Below are positions 1 through 12,401 of a stretch of 64,000 nt of DNA, piece by piece; position 1 is the stretch's first letter, and every line of letters starts with the position of its first letter. Origin of the DNA: Camelus ferus (Eukaryota); the NCBI RefSeq assembly GCF_009834535.1, contig NC_045697.1:53818001-53882000 (forward strand), in the 5' to 3' direction. Below the pieces are notes generated by a model, which saw only the letters and a program-made list of their open reading frames with translations, searched no databases and was not told the DNA's origin. The translations under genes and the position numbers were made by a program.

Positions 1-390
1 GACACTATAGAAATGTTAAAAGATAAAGACAGAAAATCTTGAAGCACTAAGAGAAAAATAATTCATAGCAGTAAACTCCAGTAAGTTACAGCTTCTATCT
101 CAGGAGAAACAATGGAAGCTCTATGACAGTGGGACGACATGCTCAAAGTGCTGAAACACAAACCTGTCAATCAAAAATTCTGTATCAAGGAAAGCTATCT
201 TTCAAAAGTGAATGGAAAATACAGACATTCCTTTGTTTCACACTCCACCAAAACACAATTCATTGGTGTGAAATCTTCCTTACAGGAAAAACTGTAGGAA
301 AGTCTTTGAGCTCATGAAAGTAAACCCAGACTGCAGCTCTACTCACCAGGATAAACCAGAGCATGGGTGAAGACAACTGACTAATTATAC
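1..390 (+). mobile_element. Old LINE-1 (L1M-type) ORF1 3' fragment, paralogous to 38198-38581
   Basis: Decayed ORF1-like sequence (KILYQGKLSFKSEWKIQTF resembles ORF1 RILYPAKLSFKNEGEIKTF); aligns by eye with 38198-38581 upstream of copy B. Confidence 0.7.
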
Positions 391-696
391 CTTGAAAGTG
401 GGACCTATATTATAGCCTAACCCTCCATTTTGCTGATGTCACCGTATCTCTAATTCTGTGTCAAGGAGACTGCAGACACAAGAGCCCCTCACGTCCTATT
501 GCTTTACATTAGTCTTATTACTTACATAATACAGCTGAATTGCATGTGCAAGGTCATCGACATTTAGAGGGGTGACAGCACTGACAACACAACAGTAAAC
601 ACACTGTAGAAACACCAAGTGTTCTACACTTTGCCCTTTCACTTGATTTCCCACAGCTGCTGACTACTCATATAACGTACTACTAGAGATATAGGA

Positions 697-709
697 GTTG
701 TATTTTAAC
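697..709 (+). promoter_or_regulatory. HNF1-like site, copy A proximal promoter
   Basis: GTTGTATTTTAAC against the HNF1 consensus GTTAATNATTAAC; about 25 bp upstream of the TATA-like box, where UGT2B promoters carry their HNF1 site. Confidence 0.6.
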
Positions 710-732
710 TTCCTGATTGATTTCTCCTTGGA

Positions 733-737
733 TATAA
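733..737 (+). promoter_or_regulatory. TATA-like box, copy A
   Basis: GATATAAG 62 bp upstream of the ATG at 795; conserved in copy B. Confidence 0.5.
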
Positions 738-794
738 GCATGAGCAATAGCAAAAGAATACAATAATTCTTTAACAGCATTGCATGTGAACAAG

Positions 795-1504
795 ATGTCT
801 ATGAAATGGATCTCCCTTCTGCTGCTGCTGCAGCTGAATTGCTACTTTAGTTCTGGGAGTTGTGGGAAGGTGCTGGTGTGGCCAGTGGAATATAGTCATT
901 GGATTAATATGAAGACAATTCTGGATGAACTTGTCACGAAGGGTCATGAGGTGACTGTCCTGATATCTTCAGCTTCCATTTTTATTGATCCCAATACACA
1001 ATCTTCTATTAAATTTGAGATTTTTAACTAAAGATGATTTTAAGTATGTCTTCAAGCATTTGCTTGATAAATGGACATATTTGGCAAAAGACTCATTTTG
1101 GACTTATTTTTCAACAGTTGAAAGTATCTTGTGGGAATATTCTGATATGCAAATGAAACTCTGTAAAGATGTTGTTTCAAACAAGAAACTTATGACAAAA
1201 CTACATGAATCAAGGTTTGACGTTGTTCTTGCAGATGCCGTCGGACCCTGTGGTGAGCTGCTGGCTGAGATACTTCAAATCCCGTTAGTGTACAGTCTCC
1301 GCTTCTCTCCGGGCTTTGCACTGGAGAAGTATGGTGGAAAACTTCCACTCCCACCATCCTACGTACCGGTTATCATGTCAGAATTAGGTGATCAAATGAC
1401 ATTCATGGAGAGGGTGAAAAATATGATGTACGTACTTTATTTTGACTTTTGGTTCCAGACATTTAATGAGAAGAAGTGGAATCACTTTTACAGTGAAGTA
1501 CTAG
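795..1504 (+). pseudogene. UGT2B: UGT2B copy A exon 1 (frameshifted)
   Basis: [36 protein letters not shown]... signal peptide and H35; frame breaks after KFEIF and resumes TKDDFKYV...FYSEVL; donor G|GTAAGT at 1504/1505. Confidence 0.93.
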
Positions 1505-2107
1505 GTAAGTCATGTTTTCAGTTGGTGGCATGAAGTCTTAACGTTTCTAATGCCTTTGAAGATGACACCGTATAAATAAAGCGTCACAGAAATTTATGTT
1601 TTATAAGTGAAATGATAAAATGAAAGTATAAAATGTTTCATCAATTTCATAATAATTATGGAAAAATTACTTCACTGGGTAAGGCCCATTACTAGCGCAG
1701 GACACTCCAGCAGTCATAAACCTCAAATTGAAGCACGTACAACATCTCCAAGAAACTATATATCCATCTTAATAAACTTTGCTTTTTAACTTTAAAAAGG
1801 TGACTAGAAACCTCCTAAAACGTCTTGATAAAAAAAAAAAAGGTAGATTTAAGAGCTATGCATATATTTGTAGCATAGGTATGTAGGTGGCATTTAGAAA
1901 TTGTTTCTACCTGTGTAGCTCAGTTTCCACATTATAGTATAGTATAGACAGAAAAAAAAATATTTGCTTTATCAAAGAACAGCCACGTACAAACATCTTT
2001 GACTACGTTATTCCAAGCTCCATTTCAAATATTGCCTAATACATTCACATGGCAATATTCTCATTTGATCGAACATTTGTTCTTTTTGCTTTTGTTTCTC
2101 CTTTCAG

Positions 2108-2256
2108 GAAGACCCACTACATTATTGGAGACAGTTGGGAAAGCTGACATGTGGCTCATTCGAAACTACTGGGATTTTGAATTCCCTCGACCACGGCTAC
2201 CAAATTTTGAATTTGTAGGAGGCCTCCACTGCAAACCTGCCAAACCTCTGCCTATG
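2108..2256 (+). pseudogene. UGT2B: UGT2B copy A exon 2
   Basis: tttcag|GAAGACCC ... CCTATG|gtaaca; 149 bp; [50 protein letters not shown]. Confidence 0.93.
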
Positions 2257-2489
2257 GTAACATATTCCTATTTATGTGGTTGTCTTCACTTTGCATTTTC
2301 AATAGGAATACTTATGCATTCTTTATTTACAATGGTTAATACAGCAGAGAAATGTGGGAAGCCAGATAAAGTGACTTGTCAGTTAGAAACTCATATTTCT
2401 ATACTAGCACAGGTATGTGAAATTCATTACCATTACAGAATAAATTGGGACATCTGGGAGACTTTGACACTATGTCTGTTAAATTACAG

Positions 2490-3135
2490 CCTTCATTATT
2501 CAACACATAATGAAGCATCAGACAGTCATAAAAATAATAATTATAAAGGGACTCGCCTATACCAGAAGTGAGTGCTCATATGCAGAGGAATGATATAAAC
2601 ACAGTTTCTGCCACCTGACAGTCTACTGGAAAGACAGAATACAGGCAAGTCGTAAACATTGTGTAAAGAGTGTTATAAGGGAAGACCACAATGCTAAGGA
2701 AACATTCACAGAATTCATAGAAAGTATCTCTGATTCTTTGATAATTAAGGTCAGATCTGAACATGTGCAGGAATAAGCAGACGGGGTAGGTCAGGGGTGG
2801 AGGAAGATACAAAAGACAGCCAGGGAGAGTAATTAGTGACAGTTCCCAAGAAGTCCAAGTTTAGTCTGAACAGGAAGAGGCTGAGTAAAGAGACAGATGG
2901 TGCTGGAGAATTAAGCTGGAGACAGACATTCTAAGGAGTGTGAAGCATCTAATAGGGGCATTCGGGAAAAAATTAAGAGTGTTAAGAAAGGGAGAGGTAC
3001 AATCACATTTAAAGAAAAACACAGGATGTAGTCACTGGGTTGGGTTATGAAGGGGTAAGAGTAGAAAGGGAGACCATTTCACAGGTTTGCTGAGAGATAC
3101 AGGCAACAATGATGGAAAACTAGACTACAATATTC
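2490..3135 (-). mobile_element. Ancient L2 (LINE-2) fragment in intron 2 (paralogue about 41750-42390)
   Basis: Starts ttcattattcaacacataatgaagca, like the reverse-complement L2 3' end, followed by purine-rich L2-like sequence; highly diverged. Confidence 0.5.
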
Positions 3136-4475
3136 ATACAGACATGACCATACTGACTCATAATAACAGTACGAATCTCATACAGTTGTAGTTGGGAAAA
3201 AAGTTGTTAGTACACATGAAACATCCAAAATGTCTGGCACATACTGATCCAGAATAAACATTAACTATTGTCTTTATTGTTATTTTGTTACTATTACACT
3301 ATCAATAATCCAACATGTGCCAGCCACCTGGATCTAAATCGTAATTGAATAGGAACTGATTTTCCAATACACCTATATGCTCTAGCAAAGTCCTAAAGAG
3401 AAGATAGCACATGGAGTGCTTGAAAAGCAAATTTTAAAAGATTTTTAATCAAAAAATTTAATAACAGCATATACTAAATTTATTAAAAACTGAATTTAAA
3501 TAAAATATAATTTAATACACTTAAGTTAAAAATCTTAAATGTTGAGAATTCTTTCATGTTTTGGGCAATCAGATGAGCAAGATTACAAGCTAAAAACTTT
3601 TTATAAGGGTTGAGGCTCTTCACCAGGGACCCTTCCTCAAAAATACAAATGAATGCCCCAACAACTTCTGCACCAAATCCAACATTTCCTTGCTTCCACA
3701 ACAGCGTTTAAACCATTCCTCATCTAAAATCCTGGAGTTTTACATCTTACAGCATGAAAGATATAAATTAGTCTATTAGAACAGGTGTTTTCTGCCTAAA
3801 CTAAGCATACAGAAAACCTCAGTACAGCTCCCTTAAGGAACACGGGTCTCAACATTGTAGCTGCTGACAGAATGAGCAGACAGAAAATGTACACTGTGTA
3901 TATAAGCACATTAATTCTGCACACTAACAGTAACGACCAAATAATTTCTACCACTTAAATACAAAAACTACCCATAGTTTCAAATTACAAAAATTCTCTT
4001 CAGTTTATAAGATACTATTCCTTATGAAGGAAAGCAAGAAGCTAATCTGTTTTAAATTGACATGCTGTTTTAAATTGATTCAAGATATAAATAGGAAGCA
4101 AGCAATCTTTAGCAAACTATTTTGTGATCTCTTAGGAGATCCTTTTTTGATTACTCCTTATTGGTGGAAAAATGAAACATATCTTTTTCAACTGTCATAC
4201 ACAGTATCTCATTTGTTTACAAATTGTTTTGGTATTCAATGGTAAACTATCACAGCGTTCAAAGGCTGAAATAAAATTAGTGATGATTATATCTCACTCT
4301 ATTTTTTAAAGATATCCCCATTCTCCTTTCAAGCAAGTCACAGTGTTAGTAGGAGTGAAAGTAAGGACCAGAGAAAGAAGGACAAATAGAAGATGAACAG
4401 TAATATAACGATATTAGTAATAGTAGCTGTTGTTACTACGTTGCAAAACAAGAGATGAATGCAAGAGGATGTCTG

Positions 4476-4549
4476 CAAACTACTAACTTTCAAACTACTA
4501 ACTTTTCCGTTAATTATTCCTTCAAACTACTAACTTTTCCATTAATTAT
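4476..4549 (+). repeat. Short imperfect tandem repeat, CAAACTACTAACTTT x3 (paralogue 43735-43808)
   Basis: Three copies of caaactactaacttt, the last two extended by tccRt(t)aattat. Confidence 0.85.
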
Positions 4550-4584
4550 GAGGTTCTCAGAAAATTACTGAGGAACATTATGAT

Positions 4585-6220
4585 ACCTGATCTTATATTT
4601 AAGTCTTTGATCCATTCTGATTTAATTTTTTGAGAGGTCTAAAGTAGGGGTCTCATCATTTTTTTTCCATGTGCTTATCCAGTTTTCTTAGAAGAAAAGA
4701 AGAGACTACCATTTCCCCAGTGGGTGGTGTTCTCTCCCTTGTTGAGTATTAGTTGACTATATATGCAGGCATTTAATTTGGGACTCTGTATTCTGTTTCA
4801 CTTGTCGATCAACTTCTCTATTTTTAGGGCAGTACCATACTGTTAAATACTACAACTTTGTAGTAATACTTTGGAATTGGTAGGTGTGAGGCCTTTGGCT
4901 TTGGGTAGTGTGGATAGTGTAGCAATATTAATTCTTCTGATCCATGAACACTGGATGACTTTCCTTTTTGTGTGTTTTCTTCACTTCTTTCAACAAAGTC
5001 TTGTAATTATTACTGTACAGATTTTTCACTTCATTGGCTAAAATTATTTCCAGTTATTTTATTGTTTTTCATGCTATGTTGAATGGAATAATTTTTCATA
5101 TATTTCATTATTAATAGAGAGAAAAGCAACTGACTTCTGTATGTTGAATTTATGTTATATCCTGCAACTTTACAGAATTTGTTCATTAGTTAAAGCTTTT
5201 GGTTGACTCTTTGGGATTTTCCATACAAAAAAATCATATCATCTGCAAAAAAAATGAAAATTTTACTTCTTCCTTTCTCATTTGGATGTCTTGAATTTCT
5301 TTGTCTTGCCTGGATGCTCTAAGCTGGGACTTTTAGTACTACGTTGACTGGAAGTGTGAGAGTGGGAACCCTTGCCTTTTCCTGATCTTAGAGAAAAACG
5401 TTTCATATTTTCACTGTTGACTATAATGTTAGATTTGGGTTTGTCATATGTAGCCTTTATTTTGTTGAGGAATGTTCCTTCTATATACCCAACATGGTCA
5501 GGTTTTTCATCTTAAAGAGATTTTGTATCTTGTCAAATTCTCTTCCTACAGCTATTGAGATTATCAACTTATTTTACCTTTCATTCTGTTAATGCAATGT
5601 ATTTCATTTATTGATTTCAGCATGTTGAAACTTCCTTGCCTCTTACAGGTAAATCACACTGGGTCATGGTATATGGTACTATTAATGTGTTCTAGAATTT
5701 AGCGAACAGACACTGATTTGAGAATTTTTAAATCTATAATCATTCTGGATATTGGCTTATACCTTTCTTTCCCAGGAGTGTTCCTATCTACTTGGTATCT
5801 ACATATACTGGCTTTGAAGAATGAATTTTGAAGTGTTCCCTCCCTCCTCTTCAGGTTTTTTTGGAAGAGTTTTTGAAGGACTGGCATTAAATATTCCTTA
5901 AATATTTGATAGAATTTATCAGTGAAGTCATCTGGTCCTGGGGTTTTCTGTGTCAGGAGCTTGTGATTACTGATTTAGTATCTTTACTTATTATGACTGT
6001 TCAGATTTTCTAATTCTTTCTTGTTTCTAGAAATGTAGCCATTCTTCTTGGTTATATATTTTCTTGCCATAGAATTCTTCATAGAAATCTCTTACGATCC
6101 AGTGAATTTCTGGAGTCTCAGTTGTAATGTCTTCTCTTTCATTTCGAATTTCATTATTTGAGTTTTCTTTCTTCTTTAGTTAGTCTAGCTGAAGGTTGTC
6201 ACCATTGTTTCTATTTTGGA
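4585..6220 (-). mobile_element. LINE-1 ORF2 fragment, antisense, intron 2 (paralogue about 43850-45490)
   Basis: Reverse-complement ORF2 motifs such as tatttaagtctttgatccatt, tatcctgcaactttac and aatttatcagtgaagtcatctggtcctggg; internal deletions. Confidence 0.85.
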
Positions 6221-6221
6221 A

Positions 6222-6630
6222 CATGCAGAGAAAGAAAAATTCTGTATTATACTTCTTCTGTCTGAAATCTAAAAGAGTCAGTTGTATAAACTGAAAATAG
6301 TATGGTGATTACCAAGGGCTAGGGGGTGGGAGAAAAGGAGAGATGTTATTCAATGTTATTATAAACTTTCATCTCATAGTAAATTAGCCCTGGAGATTTA
6401 AGGTAAAGGATAGTGAGTATAGACAACAATATATTCTAATCATCAAACTTGATGAGAGACTAGACCTTAATTATTCCAACCACAAAAGAAAAATAATAAT
6501 CATGTGACATGACAGAGGTGCAACCTATCATCAAGATGGCAATCCTATTACCATCTATAAGTGCATCAAATCAGTAAGTTATACAACTGAAATAATGTTA
6601 TACCTCTAACATATTTCATCATTAAAAAAT
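6222..6630 (+). mobile_element. LINE-1 3' end (L1MA-like), sense, intron 2 (paralogue about 45492-45900)
   Basis: gagaaagaaaaattctgtattatac ... tatggtgattaccaagggctagggggtggg ... ending in an A-rich tail. Confidence 0.75.
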
Positions 6631-7117
6631 ATTTATAAATTTTAAACTAAGGATATCCCTAGACAGAGAATATAAATACATCTTATTTCACTTCTATAAT
6701 TTTTCTTATATTGAATAATGTCATGAGCTTATATTATTTTCATACAGATGTCAGACAATGAGAATAACCAGTCCACAACAGTGATTAACTTTTAAATAGA
6801 GGATGTATTACAATAATATGATAGGGATGCATCTTCTACAGGAGAGATGAGGCAGCTTTGGGGAGCAAGCCAATGAGGAAAAAACAAAGAACACAGGTAA
6901 CCTTAAATGCTGGGACAGGTCACTGGAAATACACACATTACCTAGATGCACCATGAAAGTCACAAGGAAGTTCAGAGACATTAATAGCAAAACTGATCAT
7001 CAGGGTGAAATTGTACTTTTGAAGAATGATCTACACAATATAGAATGCAAAGTTAAATTTTGAAACAAATTGCCTATTTTCCTGTTCCTATTGAAAATAG
7101 TTTTGAATGCAGTTTTT

Positions 7118-7299
7118 AATAGGGTTCCTATTGTTTAGCACAGGGAACAATATTCAATATCTTGAAATAATTTATACTGAAAAAGAATATAAAAAGGAAT
7201 GTGTGTGTCTGTGTCTGTCATATATATATGAATTAATACCAATGCTGTACACCAGAAATTAACACAACACTGTAAACTGAATATAATTCAATAAAAAAA
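7118..7299 (+). mobile_element. Short LINE-1 3' terminus (paralogue about 46392-46585)
   Basis: tagcacagggaacaatattcaatatcttg ... gctgtacaccagaaattaacacaacactgtaaactga ... caataaaaaaa; same 3' end as the L1s at 17490 and 37054. Confidence 0.8.
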
Positions 7300-8397
7300 G
7301 TAGTTTTATGACATTAATCATGATAATAAACTATTCATTTTAAATGGAAGGATTAGGTCAGAATTTTCCAGAGAAAAAAGAATAATGAATGTAAAACAGC
7401 AGAAAGATATTTTAAAAACAGGAGTATATGGTTTAATGAGATCCAGAAAATATTGCTCCTTTGCACTTTTTTTGTAATACAGTATGTTGAACAATGTGTA
7501 ATTATTCTAGTGCAGACAGTAACAATTTTTTAGTGAGAAAGGGTCAAGGACTACAAGACAAAATAATTCTGAGAGAATTCCAATCAAATACAGCTTCACC
7601 AGGAGCTTTATTTAGTCTGACATGAACTACTCACAGGTGACCAGATCTCTGCTACAGAAAGCCTGGTGTTCCTCTCCCACTGTGGGGCAGGTGCTCCCCC
7701 AGGGACTTAGTGAGGTGATGATGAGGGTCCCTCACAGCCCCTTGCACATAGCACATCCTACTGTGACAGCAAATATACAAGGTGATTTCAGAGCAGAGGG
7801 TGTCCCATGGAAACAAACCCAGCAGTATGCTCACTCAGAAATGCAACTACACAAGTATATCTCTTGCTTATTAACAGGACACACAGGGCTGTTTCACAGA
7901 AATTCTAAACTATAATACCAGACTCCTCAATGTCAGTGACTCGTAATTTAGAGACAGATTTGGGGAACTTCTGAGTAACTTAAAGTTAAGGTATGAGGAT
8001 TATAGATCTGTGAGAAGGATAAAGTCATTCAAATCCTAACTTTCTCCTAGTGATCATAGTCAGGGAAATGAAATACTAATGACTACTCCAAACTAATTCT
8101 CTAGAAAGGGCCTGGAATAAACAAATGATTTAGTAGAACTATAATAAGAAAGAATTAAAGATGAGTTAAGATCCTGCTGTGTGACCTCCTTCCAAGGATC
8201 TATGTTAGTAATTAATAACATGACTGATGAAGAGTCTAACACTGTTTACCAGTGTGTCCTCCTCACTACTGTGTACTGCCTCTATCTCATTTCTTCCTTA
8301 TATGCACACATTTGCACACATACATATAACAGAAGAAACCGACCTCACATCACACATCTCCTTCCCAAGGACATTAGGGATGAGGTCTATTAAAACA

Positions 8398-8985
8398 AAG
8401 CCATTACTGAAAACTTTTGAGGAGTTTCCAAAAGAAAAAATATAAAATAGAATTACCATATGGTCCAGCTATTTCTCTTCTGGATGTGTATACAAAAGAA
8501 CTGAAGCTAGCACCCCAAGGAGATATTTGCACACCATATTCATAAAGGCATTATTCACAAGAGCCAAGAACTTGAAGCAACCCAATTCTCCATGAACAGA
8601 TAAAGCAATAAACAAAGTATGGAATACAAAAACACTCGAATATCACTCAGTCTTTAAAAGAAGATTCTGACACATGACACAACATGAATGAACCTTAGGA
8701 TAAGGGAAGTAAGCCAGTGACAAAAAGACAAGTACTATACAAATCAACGTATAAGAGGTATGTGGACTGAGCAAATTTGTAGAAACGTAGAGTAGAATCA
8801 TGATTGCCAGGGGCTGGGATCAAAGAGGAAAATGGAGTTTTTAATGGGCACAGACTTCCAGTTTTGCCAGATGAAAAAGTTCTACAGATCGGTTCCACAA
8901 TGTGAATGTACTTAATACTTTTGAACTACAGACTTAGGAATGACTAAGATGGTAAATTGTATGTTACATATATTTTATCAGGTTT
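8398..8985 (+). mobile_element. L1MB-like 3' fragment in intron 2 (paralogue about 47677-48255)
   Basis: atagaattaccatatggtccagc ... tgggcacagacttccagttttgccagatgaaaaagttct ... ctaagatggtaaattgtatgtta. Confidence 0.75.
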
Positions 8986-9122
8986 TTTTTTTCAAAAAGC
9001 CACTACTGAAATAATTCCTGATTGTATCAGAATTTTTACTATTCAGCTGTTTGTAGCAATCCTTTCAATAACGTTTGCTATGCTGTTGCTCATTTGTAAT
9101 GGAGAAAATTCTTTTTTGACAG

Positions 9123-9254
9123 GAAATGGAAGAGTTTGTCCAGAGCTCAGGAGAAGACGGTATTGTGGTGTTTACTTTGGGGTCGATTGTCACTAACATA
9201 ACAGAAGAAAGAGCCAATGTGATTGCATCAGCCCTTGCCCAGATTCCACAAAAG
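9123..9254 (+). pseudogene. UGT2B: UGT2B copy A exon 3
   Basis: gacag|GAAATGGAA ... CAAAAG|gtagat; 132 bp; [44 protein letters not shown]. Confidence 0.93.
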
Positions 9255-11217
9255 GTAGATAAAGAAACATAATAGTGGACAACTATAAAATGAGACAGTT
9301 AAATCTTGTAAAAAGTTTGACTATAAACATACTTTGCAAGAAAGGTAAATTATTACGATAGCTCCAACATGTCTCAAATATTTAAAAGCCAGAATATACA
9401 TAGCAGGTGCTGCAATAATACAGACAGTGTCTTGACAATGATTTTGGATACACACTATAATCAAGTAAATATACATGAGAGATGCAGTGCGAAATCTGGT
9501 TAGTATAATGGTACTGTGGGCAGGTAGAGAAATCACCAAATTCTGCCTTGTCATCGCTGCTTTCCTTGAAGGATTCCTGAGGACACAGTACACACACAGA
9601 AGTTCTCAGGAGTTAAATTTTAACAGTAATTGTACTAGCACAGTAACGTTGGGCAATATTGATAAAAGTCGGAAATGTGCTATGCAGTTTATACTTGCCA
9701 GGTAATCCTGGCTGCCTTTATTTTCCCTAAATTTTGGAACAGATCTATTCAGTGTGCTTTTCAGGGTGCTATTCAGAGAAAAGATGATCAGGGCTCCCCA
9801 AGCTGCCTGCAGACACCCAGTCAGGCACCATGATTTACACAAAAACAAACATCAGCCTGCCCTGGGTGCCTTGGTCCTACCAAAGCCTGAAGCAGGAAGA
9901 TAAAAGAGAAACAGTGAAGATGGGGTTCTGCCCTGAAGGTGAACCCTGTGCATTGTAAAGGGTGGACTATAACGGACTCTGCATCCAGCCTATCAGATTG
10001 CTCTTCCTGACTGAGGAGGGAGAATGGACTATTTGAGAAAGTCAAGCATAAGGAAGACTGGCATGGAAAAGATTCTACTGCCTCCTTCCCCATATTATAC
10101 AGCAGTAACTTACTCTCTACAAAATAAAATACACCTGGGATCTTTGGTTATTTGTGACCTACTCCTACTTTACTATCTGATATTGTAGTCTTCTCTTAAA
10201 CAACTGAGCTAATTTTTTGCTGAGAACATAACGTCACTTTCACTCACACAGCAAATAGAAATTGGACACCAGGAAATTATAATCCAATGTGTAAGAATTA
10301 CTTGGAAATCCAAAATGGGTGGCTTATTTTGGTGCTGAATATGAAAACCGCATTAACCACTGCTGTCAATGCACTGTGCTTCACTGTTGAAGTGTTCAGG
10401 GTCAGCTGAATAATTTTAGCATCCCACTTTTGGAGCTTTTCCAATACCTTATTGTTACTTGTAAATTACCACATGCTCCTCCTTTCTAAACTTAAATGTT
10501 TTCACACCTACTAATAGTGGTAATAATCTGGATTTATGTCAAAAAATACCAATTCTCTCTTTTTTTTTTTTTAAAAGCGCTTAACAATTTGTAATCTAAA
10601 AGAAGTTTTACTTTCTAAGCAGCATTAATTGTCTTATTATTAATAAATTATAAATAAGCAGAAATACTTACTTCTCTTAAGTGGCTAACTGCAGGTACTT
10701 TCTATTAGTAAATCAAAACATGTAAAATTCTAATAAAATAACTTGTCACATTAACAAGTGGATATACGTAAACTCCATTCCTTAAGAGTCGATAAGAAAT
10801 AACTCAGCAAATAACAACTTTGAAAATAAGAGCTAGTATATAAAATAAAGCAAAACAAATGTGTAGATTATTAGTAATTTGCCACTGTTTTGCTTTTTCA
10901 CTAGAATCCAGACTACCTAACAATTTCATAAATACTTGAATTTGTCATTGAAAAATTCATTTGTCAATGACATCATGTGTGATATGTCATGATTCATTCC
11001 ATACCTCATTGAACATAAAAATAAGTACACAGAATGTGGGTATTCCTATTGATGTCAGTGCATTACTAGTCATCTCTACTTAGGATCTGCTGTCCTCATT
11101 TCCTGACCTGTCGTATGGAAGGCATTTAACTGGATGTCTTTTCATCTCTTTAGAATTCTAACGTGCTATAACTTTGAAGTTCAACTCATGAATAAGCTAT
11201 CTACTTCACCCTAACAG

Positions 11218-11305
11218 GTTCTTTGGAGATACCATGGCAAGAAACCAGATACCTTAGGACCCAATACTCGGCTGTACAAGTGGATCCCCCAGAACGACCT
11301 TCTTG
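11218..11305 (+). pseudogene. UGT2B: UGT2B copy A exon 4
   Basis: ctaacag|GTTCTT ... CTTCTTG|gtgaga; 88 bp; [29 protein letters not shown]. Confidence 0.93.
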
Positions 11306-11479
11306 GTGAGACCTGGGAGAACAAATGTTGGAAACAAGGGTAACAGCTGAGGGAGTGACAGCACTGGGACAGGAAACCAACTTATCCAGAACATATTATT
11401 CAAGCATGCAAAAGGAACACTCTGAATCTTCATTATTCTCTCTTGACCTGGAGGAAAACAAATAAAATATAAAGGTTGG

Positions 11480-11790
11480 CTTTTTTTTAACACCTTTATT
11501 ATGGTACGATTCCTGTACAGTAAACTACACATTTTTCGGATGTACAATTTGATGAATTTTGATAGAGGTATACACCAATAAAACATCCACCACAATTGAG
11601 ATGGCCAACTATTCGATCACTCTCCAAGAGGTGCAAATTTCCGATTCCCAACTTACCCTTTCCCACCCTCTTTACCCCTGGTAACAATAAGTTTCTTCTC
11701 TACTTAATAGTTGACTTTTTATTAAAGAGTCACATCTCTTACGGACAGAATCTTTATTTTGGTTGTAATTACTTCTCACAGTAAAATTAT
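11480..11790 (-). mobile_element. Old L1M 3' end fragment, antisense, intron 4 (paralogue about 50719-51020)
   Basis: ttttttttaacacctttatt ... gtacaatttgatgaattttga, typical reverse-complement of an old L1M 3' end. Confidence 0.55.
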
Positions 11791-12401
11791 CAAGAACATC
11801 TGGGATTATTGCTTTGCCTATAAATTCTCTCCTTACATCTATCTTTTCCCATCTTATGGGTATTTTAAATGCCCCTGAAATACAGCAGCTCCTTTTTATT
11901 ACCAGTGACTCCCCATGTTCTATAGGAAAATACTTCACAATGTTTTCAAGAAGTTATAACACATTTCATGATAAAATGTAGCTTTTCCTTCCTCTGGTCC
12001 CAGTGCACGAACATTCCCCTTCCTGTTGCCTTGACACCCTTCCTATCAGACTAAATGACTTCACTATTTCCTTAAGAGACTGTATTTTTGACACATCCTC
12101 CCCCTTTCTTGCTCTGTGGTTTCTTTCACCCAGAATGTTCTTTCCATTTGTTCACCTGACAATCTGGAGTACATTTGTGAATTCAACTCACACAGCACTC
12201 CTTTCATGAAGGCTTCACTTCCCTCTCCAGCAGACTGAGTGGCTTCCTGATCTGAGTTCTGAAAGCAGTTGAAATGCAGTTTCATGTGTATAATCATCTG
12301 TTATCGAAAGGACACTGCTTCTTTCACTGCCTTGTAATGGCCAGTTCTCATTTGATTTCTAACATTAATTAATCATTTTACTGAAATTCACTCAATCCTA
12401 G

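Noticed and set aside
985..1533. 182-aa ORF as a separate gene
   Set aside because: It is the post-frameshift frame of copy A exon 1 running past the donor at 1504; its first residues are out-of-frame sequence
4476..4549. CRISPR-like repeat-spacer array
   Set aside because: Only three short slippage copies without unique spacers, in a mammalian intron, with no cas genes
7622..7915. ORF conserved in both copies (also 46919-47197), and similar pairs at 2576/41828, 6808/46080 and 12064/51349
   Set aside because: Conservation follows from the recent segmental duplication and conversion; no recognisable domain or splice context
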